DNA of 51,108 nucleotides from Perkinsus olseni (Eukaryota): NCBI GenBank assembly GCA_013115125.1, contig JABANN010000222.1, positions 1 to 51,108 of the forward strand, read 5' to 3'. Shown piece by piece: positions 40,550 to 51,108 of this stretch (position 1 is its first letter; each line of letters starts with the position of its first letter). The notes under the pieces were generated by a model. It saw only the letters and a program-made list of their open reading frames with translations, ran no database searches and was not told where the DNA came from. The position numbers and the translations under genes were made by a program.

Positions 40550-41085
40550 ATAGTATTTCTACCCCACCCACACTTGCGTTGAATAGTTATAATCGCACTT
40601 TCCTTTACCTTGCCTACTCTTTATGAATGCTCTGGGAGTATTGCTCATGCGTCCCGTCATGGGCCATCAGACAGGGCCTGTGGACTACTCTCCCGCGGTG
40701 AACCTAGCGTGGCGTTCCGCGCTCCACGCGATCATAGGAGTTCTATGTGTCTACCTGTGGCTGGTGTTGTAGTATTGGACACTATTGGTTACCATCGTAT
40801 TCCTGTATCCAAATTCTCATCGAGAAAGGCGAGCTCTCTGGCAGTTTTTTGCCTTATTATGTCAGTCTGGCAACCCTGCATGGTGATGAAAGCTCGGCTT
40901 GCTAAGTCTTACAATTCTCATCGGGACGTTCAACACCGTTAAGAGCTTATATTAAACGGCTACCCTTCTGGGACTCAGACTCAAAGAATGCTCTCACTCT
41001 CAGGTTCAGGATCGCAATACTCGTCTGATGATCAACCGTCACGCTCGCTCACGCTTCCAGGCCAACTTCATAGACGCAAGCGGAA

Positions 41086-42676
41086 CTATCGGGCGCATAA
41101 CGATCTGTGCGAGCTGAGATAATCAACTGCCTGCTTGAATTCTCGGGACCTGGAGATGATCCTCATGGTGGCGCACCCATCCTTGTGTGGTGGCCGCTTA
41201 TCGTAGCTTCCTGCGTGGTAGAATGGAAGCTTCTCAGTTCGAATGAATCCACTGAGGAAGCTTTCTTCAGAAGCAGCCAATATCATTGTATACCAATCGC
41301 CGCATAGGACCTCATGCTGAGCACCACCTCGGTTGGAATCTCAGCCGGAAACTGTTCAGTCAAACGGCAGTGGACGCTAAACTTTAACACACGGGCATCC
41401 TGTCGTCTTCGAATGGGCAAGGCTTCTGTAGTAGAGAGTTTAGAAGCTGATGAATGTTACCCCGATGTTGTCGGGGTATAACCCGTCAGCTTATGCATAG
41501 TGATCATATCTTTTGAAGGGCGGTGGCGGCGGTTAGATTCTTTCAGCGGCCTGCCTTCTGCTCAACCGATTCTCTGGTACATCACTCAAGGATTCCTTGA
41601 CGAGGATCCAAACACCGATGACCAGCTTAGCATCAACAATGGACACGAATAAGCTATGAAGTGATGGTAGTATCTCCTCATCTACGAACTACTGTATCTA
41701 TTCTCCGTCTCTTGGGCTGTGGTCCTCCGATGGCGGCGTCAGCTAACATGTGCAGGTTCGTCGAGTCTAGCACTTGGAGGCTCACCGTTCTGACGCCTCC
41801 ACTCATCCACACACATCATGGCTTCGATACAGCCGCCAAGTCTTTCTTCAATTTCAGAATGCTGAGACCACCTCCGCAAATTCGTTAGTCAGCATTTCAT
41901 CCGACTTCCAGCGGTCAACCATGCCGTAGCGTTGCTACGCGTAGCAGCGGTGGCGATACTCATCTGGAATAACGACTTGGTTCATATGATTGAAGTACTG
42001 TAGGTCTTCAAAGGCACATTATGGAGAGAATACTCTCCCTTCTCTCTATGATAGAATGTGATGTTGGCAGCTTTCCTGGACCACCCTTCAAGACCTTAGT
42101 TTCCATATCGGCGAGTTCCTCGAATTCCTAAACGTCAGCCTTGAGATAGCGCCCCGGTGTGATCGACTTCATCCTTCCAACACCTTGAACAGTTCGAACA
42201 AGCATAAAATCGGCGTACGTTCCATTTCTTTGCAGTATTTTCACCGTCACTGCATTGTTACTATTAGGGCATACGTAGAGGTTCTTGGCTCTCACCCTGT
42301 GGAGCCCGGTAAAGGGTCGAACACCTTTCCGCAACGATTCAGTAATCCTTCCGGGACTGGAGTATCGGGCATCAAAATAATAGCAAGTGCCAATAAACGC
42401 AGGCGCAGCGAAGCTTGTCACCCTCGTTATGCTCAATAACTTCGCCAGGCGAACGTCGTCGGTGTAGTATCTCGTGCCGTTGTCGTGCTCGAAGGTGAAA
42501 TTGACGAGTGTTGCCATCCGCTGTGAGTGTTTGACCTCCATCATCATCCCAGCCAATGAAGTTTCCACAGCGTTACGGCCATCCATGTCGTACGTGCCAA
42601 GTCCCAGAGGGAACTCATGGCCGACCGTAGTAGCACCGGTGATAGTAGCGACTGAGGCGAGTGCTAGGAATAGCAT
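41086..42676 (-). pseudogene. Disrupted lineage-specific secreted protein with tandem domains
   Basis: Signal peptide MLFLALASVATITGA; domain 1 (G.Y...NFTFEHDNGTRYYTDDVRL) is echoed by domain 2 (PGRY...NITFYHREKGEYSLHNVPL), which carries an in-frame TAG (42128-42130) and a frameshift; distal extent uncertain. Confidence 0.6.
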
Positions 42677-43051
42677 TTATACGAGAGGTTGTCGACAACT
42701 GAACAGTTAGAATGTTCCCTCAGGCAGAGTCGATGAGCGGAAGAACCGTATCATAATCCCTCCTCCCGAGAGAAGTACTCGTCATCATTCAAGTTGAATG
42801 ATTCAACTACTCTTCGGTGGAGACGGCAGGGGAGGGAAAGGTATTTCGCGCGAGCGGAGCGAATGCTCTTTTGCAGGCATTGCGGATGATGACTGGATTG
42901 GGCATTTTCATAATGTTTTGTCAGTTCGGATCCAGCCTTCAGCGAACACGTCAGACTTGGCAAGTCTTGAGCCCGCACGGCAGGGACACACCTTCCGTTG
43001 AGCTCTCAGGGTACTCGAAGCCCCCAAGTTGAGGGTCCTTGAGCCAGGGAG

Positions 43052-43123
43052 AGTGGCAGAAGTGGCAGAAGTGGCAGAAGTGGCAGAAGTGGCAGAAGTG
43101 GCAGAAGTGGCAGAAGTGGCAGA
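43052..43123. repeat. 9-bp minisatellite (AGTGGCAGA) x8
   Basis: Eight perfect copies; reads (SAT)n in one minus-strand frame. Confidence 0.95.
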
Positions 43124-44296
43124 AGTTGAAGCTTGAAGGGACTTAACTCTGTCTAGCATCCAGTTATGATCGAAATAAGATTCGAATTATAAGACGTGAT
43201 ATTCAGGGAGTGTCGGTGGTTGCCAACCACAGGTTGGGAAAACTTGCCGCGCGTTCATATAGTGCTTTGTCCCTACCAGGGCTAATAGCGCTGTGCTAGG
43301 TCCTCGCAGCAATGTTAACATCAGCGTTGGACCAACACTGTTGGCTCCTGCGGGAGTTGTGCATCAGACGCTCCAGTTGGGTCCCAGGGACTCCCGGGAG
43401 CGGGGTCTTCGTCACTTAGCCCTAACTGAACCCTCCTTCAGGCACATAAAACCGGCGTATACTCAACAACAAGCCAGGGTGCACAGGAAATGATTTACGA
43501 TATTATTCATCTGCTGCTGCCTCCTCCGCATCTTACACGCTTACTTCGGTAACGGAATGCCCGGGACTGAGACAAGGGCAAATAACGCGTCTTTGCTATT
43601 ATCGTGAACTCCCGACTATGTACATGGTCCGACTAGACCCCACCATATTAAACATCCCTTACTGGTACTAAAGGGTCAAGTCGAACAATAGCGAGACATC
43701 AAGCGCCTTAACTGTTGGGACTGACCTTGGTAATTGAATCCCGTGTGAGGTCATGTGGTCTAGCCTTGCGGTCAATTGGATTGTGTGAAGTTGTGGCCGC
43801 TGCTACTGGTACTCAGTCACCGAATCATTCACGTAGATCTCTTTGGGCCTGCTAGGCCACTCTTCGATTGTCGTTGCGTTTCTCTGGTGGTGGATAGGTA
43901 ACAATATCATTCCTTGTGCATGCGTGCACACTGTACAGCTACCTCCCCGTGGCAACAAGCTTCAAATATGATTCCGTTTGCTCCTTCGCCGTCTTGACAG
44001 AAGACAAAAGTGGAAGTAACATCCGCACACTTTCCATGGCTAGCAGCGAAAGGTTCTTGGCCATTCTTCTCTTCCGGCTGATGGGAATAGATGTTGTAGA
44101 AGCATTGTGTTCGCGTCCGGCCGTGACACGAGTGGCGTCGCGTTGCTCAGTTCACGATTGCATGCTTCAGCTTCCGCCTGTCTTCAGCTTGTGCGCTTTC
44201 TGTCGCGTGGCACCGAGCAGCCGAGTAGGTTCCGATTGCTGGTTAGCCCCGATACACTCTACTTGCTAATGAATTCCACTTGCTAGCGCTGCGCTA

Positions 44297-44308
44297 GTAG
44301 CGCATGCC
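44297..44308. promoter_or_regulatory. Variant strand-switch element GTAGCGCATGCC
   Basis: GTAGCGCATGCCTTG vs GTAGCGCGCGCCTTG at 21303; ~200 bp upstream of ATG 44501. Confidence 0.35.
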
Positions 44309-44500
44309 TTGTCCTGTCACGCAGCGCGCTATGCGCATACGTGCGTCGTGGTTAGCACTTAACCCAGCGGTTCCTCTCAGTTATGGTCATTCAGGGCATC
44401 TCCCTCGTATGCGAGGCTAGTCCTGGATGGTCGTTGCTTCAATCACAACTCGCCTGTTGGCCTCTCTCCCGAAGATAAGCTTTCAGTTAATCTGCTTCGC

Positions 44501-44896
44501 ATGGCTATCATCCTATCGTGGCTCATTTCGGTCATATTCTTGGCTTCGGTGAAGGCTCAAACCCGTGACGAATACGTGCTCAACGATCCTCATGTGGACC
44601 TTCAACTTACTCTCATCGTGGAAGAAGGCTTGGGTGTCTCTTGGCAATACAAATGCCGACCGGATGAGAAACTCTACTCGGTCGGACCGTTTCGTCCGAA
44701 AGCTTCGCGTCTTGCCTTCCGAACCGGGCTGTTCGGTATTGAATACAACGGAACTAACCTGCCCGGTCAAATTCGTAGGCACTGCCCTTTTCGGGATGAT
44801 ATCGTCGACGGTGATCTCAGCATCATCCTCTTCCGTCGCGATGATACTGTGCAAACTATTTTAAGGACTGAGGTGGCGACCTTGGTGAGGGGATGA
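44501..44896 (+). CDS. Lineage-specific small secreted protein (possibly a truncated two-domain gene)
   Basis: Signal peptide MAIILSWLISVIFLASVKAQ; two-Cys domain with GPF, I.R.CP, GDL and T.L...TLVR pattern of the kind seen in Perkinsus hypothetical secreted families. Confidence 0.6.
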   Translation: MAIILSWLISVIFLASVKAQTRDEYVLNDPHVDLQLTLIVEEGLGVSWQYKCRPDEKLYSVGPFRPKASRLAFRTGLFGIEYNGTNLPGQIRRHCPFRDDIVDGDLSIILFRRDDTVQTILRTEVATLVRG

Positions 44897-47800
44897 CCGC
44901 TCGTCCGACATATCTGCAACTCCATTGGACTCTTGAGTCGAGCGGTCTCAACGACTTGACATTTGAAACTCCCAGCAAGTTCATCACTCGTTTCTGGGCT
45001 CAAGTTATTGCTCTCGTCGCCCCCACGAGGGTCCCTTCAACAACAAGTCGAATCACAGAAATATTTCGGAAACCTTTTTTCGCCTCTTATGTGGCTTACT
45101 CTTTTTTGCGGCTTCGTCAGCGAGTGCAGTAACGTGATGCTGTGGAAACTGTAGTCTACCGTGGCATTCTTGTTCTCGTAACATATTTGTCCACGGTAGC
45201 TCCGCAAGATCAACTAACTCTGGCAAATCAACTAACTTGATGGAGCTCCTGTCACCTACGACGGAATTGCATTTGCGTTTGCAGAATAATTAGAGGCCGT
45301 CTTCCAGTCGGGTGAGGCCGTTGGCTTCTGCATACCAACTCCTCGGCGTCGCATGATAGGTGACCATCGCTCCCGATACAAGCTTTCGATAGAGCTCTGG
45401 TGTTCTTGCTCGACCGTGCCGGTCAGCTCTATCACAACATCATCCATGCATGGCTCTCGGATGCTCAACTTTCTTCCATGAATCGGAGCAATAAAAAGCT
45501 CCCACTGTTATGGATGTTTCTCGAAGCAGAAATCACAAAAAAAGATAGAGTCGACAGAAAGGTTTTTTGTCGGGGGTGAGGGCATCGAATGAAATCGCCA
45601 TGGCGCAGAGATTGGGACTGGTGGTGGCGGTGATAACAGTGATGCTCAGGAGGCATGTTGATCAGCGGGACCGCTGACTTACCAGCCTCCTGTAGTGGGA
45701 GTTGCATGTCTGTTATCTCCCGTACCACTAGAGGCGTCACTGAGTGACGGTCACTCTACCTGCTACTGCGTTAATCTGACATCATTAGCCCTTGCTGACT
45801 CGTCGAGTGTATCTTGAGTGAAGTCTCACAGCATACCTCCCGCCTAGGGTGGAAGCGGGTGGGTTAAGCCGCTATGCCGACTCGGATTGCAGGCTATGAC
45901 GATTCATAATGAACCGGTGTCTCGCCGAAGGTCGGTCGACTGAAACACCTGTGCCGCATAGGCTGTGCGTATAGGCTGGCGAACCAGATAGGGCGATCCC
46001 TGCCGGTGCGAGTAGGCTGTCGCACTATGGCAGCAGTTCGCGAGAGTACAACCTCTTGCTTGGGTATTTCAACTCCGTCGATAATAGTTGTTATCACTTC
46101 CAGTATACGAGAGCTCGGAGAGGATCCTTGGAGACAAGCGAATGCGGAACAGGTACCATACCAGTCAATCGCTGAAGCAAGCAGCTTTGGTCCATGCCGC
46201 CGTAGCGCGATCGTCCCGAAAGGGGGCACGCTTGGGCACTCCGCTTGGGAGCATACGCAACACCCGTCAACAGCCAGTTGCAGCGTGCCACAGAGTCACT
46301 GTGTGGTCAAGTGTGGTTATACAGGATTTTGTTCTACCCCGAAAGGATCGGATGGCCCTTTCGCTGGCGAGAGGCAATGGGCTACATAAAAAACTTGGGC
46401 AAGTTGACGACGCAGCCACTAACCACGTCTCTCCACGCGTCTTGAACCATGACAAGGACAACCATGACCCATGTGGACAACGGCTCCGACCCTGCCGACC
46501 CAGGCGTCTGTCGACTAAGAAGATTCTGCTGTAGATGATGGAGCTTCATCGTAGCTTACAAATACAAATACACAGCAGAAGGAGGTGCTGCAGCGAATTT
46601 TTATCCGCGAGCAACGGTCGAAATTCGTTTTTTTACCATAATTAGACTTTCTCATCTCCACTTCCTGCCGCGGAAAAACAAAGGAGGAAGATAATCTCTA
46701 TTTTTCCTCCCGTAAGCCATCCTGAATTTCCTGGTCAATTGAGTATCGCTCACCATCTCCGTGCGTCTCGTGAGCAGGGTGTCTAGGGATCTTTCAACGA
46801 AAACTTTCCTCCGAAAGTTTCCCACTTTCCTAATGGCGAAACTTTCCTTCTTTTTCCGCGTCCCACACCTTTTTGGAAAATTTCCTGAAGGAAACACAGG
46901 AAACAGGGGTATTTCATTATCGTGTTATTGTTTTTAGGTCACAACCACGATACTACAACTATCATACTACGTGGTCATTTATTCGATTCACACTCGGCTG
47001 ATGCAGTGTCAGATATTGTTGGAGAGCATAGAGGTCTAGCACATGCTGTGCTAGCCTCAGTAGGTCGCGTTTAGGGTACTAAACTCGGTTGCAAGATTAT
47101 CTTTGCTTTTGAGCCGCGCCTATGCACCAACTGGGATGCATGAGATGATGTACGGACCGATTCCTCATTCATTGTCTCGTGTCAAGTTCAGTCGTTAATG
47201 AGTAGCTTCTAGATGATACTAGATGAAGTTGAGCGACAGTCAATTAGTATACTCCGCATCGTTACGATACATATCGGAAGGTCACCTCGCGATACGTCAG
47301 TTGTGCATCCGGACAGCATTCAATCGTGGATAAGAGATTTCATCATGCACTGCATCATGCGGTTTAGATATGCTCTCATGAGATAGATTTTGAGTTAACT
47401 GTTTGATCGATGATGAGTCCGAATCATGGTGCTACTACCATCCTGTAGGCCCTATCATCTGTGTGGTTTGTCATAAGTTCCGGTGAATGGTTGCATCTGG
47501 GAAACGATAGTTCTCTGTGATTGCATTAATTATATCATATTCGCTGGTTAGGTAAATTAGCCATCGCATGAACTAGCTCACATCCCAAATCGAGTCTGAG
47601 TGGTCGGAGTGTTGGAGACTGTGGTCTCTTCCTTCCAGTGAAGACTCTCTAACACCTTGTTACCAGCGTGAGACCCGGACCAATCTACTGGTAGACCGAT
47701 ACCGAGTTCAACTACGTCGAAAATGCGGATCTTGTTTACTCAACTCAGTTCGGCTAAGTTCTTGGATTTACGAGGTATTTCACATCGCATGTGGATTCAG

Positions 47801-48718
47801 GTTATTTCCGACCATGGCCACGGAGAAAGCAGAAGGTATGCGGATGATTGATTCGGAACGAAGAGACCCTGATTATTCCTCGTTGGTAGCGGATGCCGTT
47901 CTCAGTTGAAAGATTCGTCGCCTTTCCGCGACGCCCATCCGAGCCCTCCACCTCGACCGGTGAGTTTCATGATGTTGAAAGAGTGGGAAGGGTCGCGAGA
48001 GTAAGCGGGCAGAGTCTTGTGTAATATCCACTGTTCTCACGGAGTAACGAGTCTACAGTCTATCTTATGTGCCCTTCAGTAGCAAACCCATGATCCTGAT
48101 GATGTACCATCACTGAGTATTGTGAATCGTTGTGCATCATTGCCATGTATTCTTCATCCTTACCAGATACGTATCGGGCGAATGCAAGGCTGATGCTCAA
48201 GACGTGGATCCAGATGGTAGACTCAATAACACAACATTAAAAGAAACGCCATCAGATCCTCATACATCAGCATCATCATGCTACACGTTAAATGATACTA
48301 TTAATGAGATAACCAGGGCGGTCGAGAAGCGCAATTGTAGTGCTACTATCATCAGGAATCATACCACTGCTGCCGCTACTGATGATGAATAGTGAGAGCT
48401 TCATCATGGTAATCGGTACAGACGGTTAGCCTTTACTTCTATGAGACTTTTTAAACAGTTTTTATACACGTCATCATTGTCATCATCATCATACTCGAGA
48501 GACATGACCAATGTACAGGGTTGTTGTCGTTATGATCGGATTTATGATGACAAGTTTTGTTGTTGCTAGTGTCTATCACCATCATCGTCCATAATAATGA
48601 TAATAGACTATTATTAATAGTCATTCTCATTGTCATAATCATCCATTATTGTGTTACTAGTGTGATATTCATAACATTTCCACCTGCGAGTGGTGTCGTC
48701 GTTCGCATCATCATTACC

Positions 48719-49513
48719 ATGGCGTCATCGTCCTCATCAGTCGGTCAGCTATCAGAGGGCCTGCAGCACAGTACTGTTGTTAACAGTGAGAAGGATAGTG
48801 ATGCCGTAATAACAAGAGACGGTAATCCCAGTAGTACTACTTCTAGTTCTTGCACTGATGTTGGCTATGATGATGACAGGTATAATTATCAACGTACCAT
48901 CAAGTAAATCATCAGCAATGGAATCACAAGAGGCTATGGACAATTACAAGAATAATCCCAAACGACCTGGTAATTATAAGGGTAGTGCTACCGGCAACTA
49001 GGCCAGAATCTTCGTGAATATCGTGGTGCTCATCTTCCTCTTCGCCTCGTTCGTTCTGATGAATTATTGTTATGTATATCAGTATTTGACAGGCAGAGGG
49101 CGATGCAGGGCAGCTCAGCCGGGTTCGGTAGCGACTTCTTCGGTAAATATCAGAAACATCGTACGATAGAGTTGGCGAGACTACGGAAGATGGATGAGGA
49201 TGGGATAAGATGCAGAAGGTAATAATAACAGCGGATGCTGCTGCTCTCTGGGGGATGACTTCCTCGCACGCCGTGGCCGTGAGCAGCATGGTCGTTGTTG
49301 TTGTTGTCGTTGCTATGTTGTTGTTCTTAGGATCTGGAGTATCATCGGAAAAGAGAAGAGCATATTAAGAAGGATATCGAGAGAACAGAGAAGAGACGGG
49401 CTAGGAGGATGAAGCGAAAGCAGAATAGGCAGAAGAAGAGCAAGCAGCCGGCTGCTGCTGCTGCTGCCTCGGGTGGAGCGGCGGCGTCCTCGATACCGCC
49501 CTCACAGGGGTGA
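48719..49513 (+). CDS. PRKRIP1: PRKR-interacting protein 1 homologue with an apparent 1-nt frameshift; 5' exons uncertain
   Basis: MQGSSAGFGSDFFGKYQKHRTIELARLRKMD and DLEYHRKREE...ERTEKRRARRMKRKQ are PRKRIP1 motifs but cannot be spliced in frame as written. Confidence 0.75.
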
Positions 49514-51108
49514 AGCTTAGAATATACTCGAGTTGTGTTTGGTTAATGTAGGAGTAATGGGGTGGAGCATGACCGGTGGTCATGGTGAGGTGGTGTCATC
49601 ATCATCCCCGTAACCCCACGTGAGGTGGTGGTGGTCTGCGTCTCTTACGAAAGGCATCATCAGTTGACGGTTTATGAATCATTCCTGAGTAGATAAAAGG
49701 GTATGGAGTAGTAGTAGTTATGACTATTCTCATTGGTGAAGTGTAGAGTTAATGTTATCATCATGATAATCAATAAAATGTTTTTAATAACATCTGGGAA
49801 TATACATCATTACGAGAGATAATAGGTATCGCAAGAGAATGGTCGGAAAGAAGGATCGAATGCGCATCTCTGCCGGGGCGGCGTTAGGCAAACCCGTTGG
49901 CCAAGTTGGGATTCACCATCTCCTCTAACGGTTGTGGTGGATTACTTAGCACCGAGGAACTCCGGCTTCCCGCCGTCAGGTTGGGTCACTAGGACCTCGC
50001 CTATTTTCACGTACACCTCCTCGTTTACTAAGACCACCGACGACCAACGCAAAACATAATAGACCACCCAGTGTATGATAGAGAGTTACTACGTCAATAT
50101 ATTACTCACATCTTGTTTTTTCGTCTTCACAAGCATTCGGATGATGATTGTGCTGCTGCAGTTGCTTATCACCTGTTAACAATAAGACGATGTTTTCGAT
50201 GTTGAGTTGTCCTTGAGCCTCGTTATACAGTATTGGATTGTGATGTTGCAACAAGGTCTGAAGATTGACAATTATCGTCAATAAAATCAACAACACCGCT
50301 GTCTTTCACCAAAACCTTCATAAAATAAGTCGATATTGGCCAGCATTATGATAACATCAACTAAAAATCACAATAAGCTAAGAATAAGGAAGATAGGTGA
50401 TGGTAGCAGGAGGAGATCGATACGATATCTCAGACCTAGGAGATCTGATGATGACCCAATACTGATACGCACAGTCCCTACACGGTACTTGGGAGACGTC
50501 GTATTCTGAGGAAGCTGCCGGAGACCCAAGGGCAGAATTTCCGCTCGCCTGCAGGCGGATTCCGACTGGGTGAGGAAGTTACACAGTGCTACAAAAGTGC
50601 ATACGGAGGGGAAACAAAGCTGCGCAAGCGACACACATGTACGTGGCTACCCGGTTCCCTGCCAACGTCTGCGTACAACCAGCCATTTCCCCTCGGCGAA
50701 GGCTAAAGCCATACGTTACGAATGTCGTTTCGAGATATGTAACACGGCAGAATGCTGTCGTGAGAAACTCAGAGCTGTATTTGCGTGAGAAACTTATGAT
50801 TAGCCAACTTCTGTGACCGAGGCATGTTAGGGATCTACCAGCGGTAGATCGTCGCTAGCGAACTTCACTGAGCAGAGGTTCAATCCCTGGTGAAGAGATC
50901 GGGTACGCGTACCAATAGGTGATGCAAATAAGTGGTGCGAGCTAGGCTAGCATAAATTAGTGAACCTACAGTGGGATTTAGCATTGGTTCATTGGGGCAG
51001 AGCCTCGGAAGATGATTTGCGCTCAACCCAACCACTCCTCGGATGCGGGGGTAGGCCACAGAAATCCAGCCATCCACAGATTGTAGTTGTGGAGGGGCTA
51101 GTTTTCGG

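Noticed and set aside
43052-43123. Regular repeats as a possible CRISPR array
   Set aside because: No spacers, 9-bp unit, eukaryotic context
45256-46534. Overlapping 65-148 aa ORFs on both strands
   Set aside because: No recognisable motifs or coherent gene model; not called
50832-50892. Hairpin plus CTAG (Helitron-like end) and GGTTCAATCC (tRNA-like)
   Set aside because: Spacing and flanking base do not fit a Helitron end, and no cloverleaf can be folded

Overview
Gene-dense eukaryotic nuclear DNA, most consistent with a Perkinsus-type alveolate. This rests on many 35-70 nt GT-AG introns, trinucleotide microsatellites, flagellar genes and lineage-type secreted proteins; the taxon is inferred, not searched. 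Gene models were spliced by hand, so boundaries are approximate. Positions 1-36 kb hold tightly packed housekeeping genes: PUF6/PUM3-like, BRX1, imidazolonepropionase (HutI), a coiled-coil protein, FAM183-like, TPR+J-domain, DRC8/EFCAB2, DHU1-like WD40, SRR1, PDZ protein, a non-RD kinase, DNAJC8-like, MBF1, BDP1, a membrane protein and a processive GT2 synthase. A 5'-truncated RTE retrotransposon also lies in this part. After a 99-N gap come an ankyrin+JmjC gene, LAMTOR3, intact and decayed secreted-protein genes, a frameshifted PRKRIP1 and unexplained DNA. Three features stand out. (1) Two consecutive tiny introns of the ankyrin-JmjC gene are built from tRNA 3'-half/B-box sequence in opposite orientations and can form an 18-bp duplex around a 70-nt exon. 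(2) An intact tRNA-Arg(ACG) sits inside a predicted intron. (3) Genes form co-directional blocks, and a GTAGCGCRCGCC / CGTCGCRCGCCA element marks the head-to-head strand switches.
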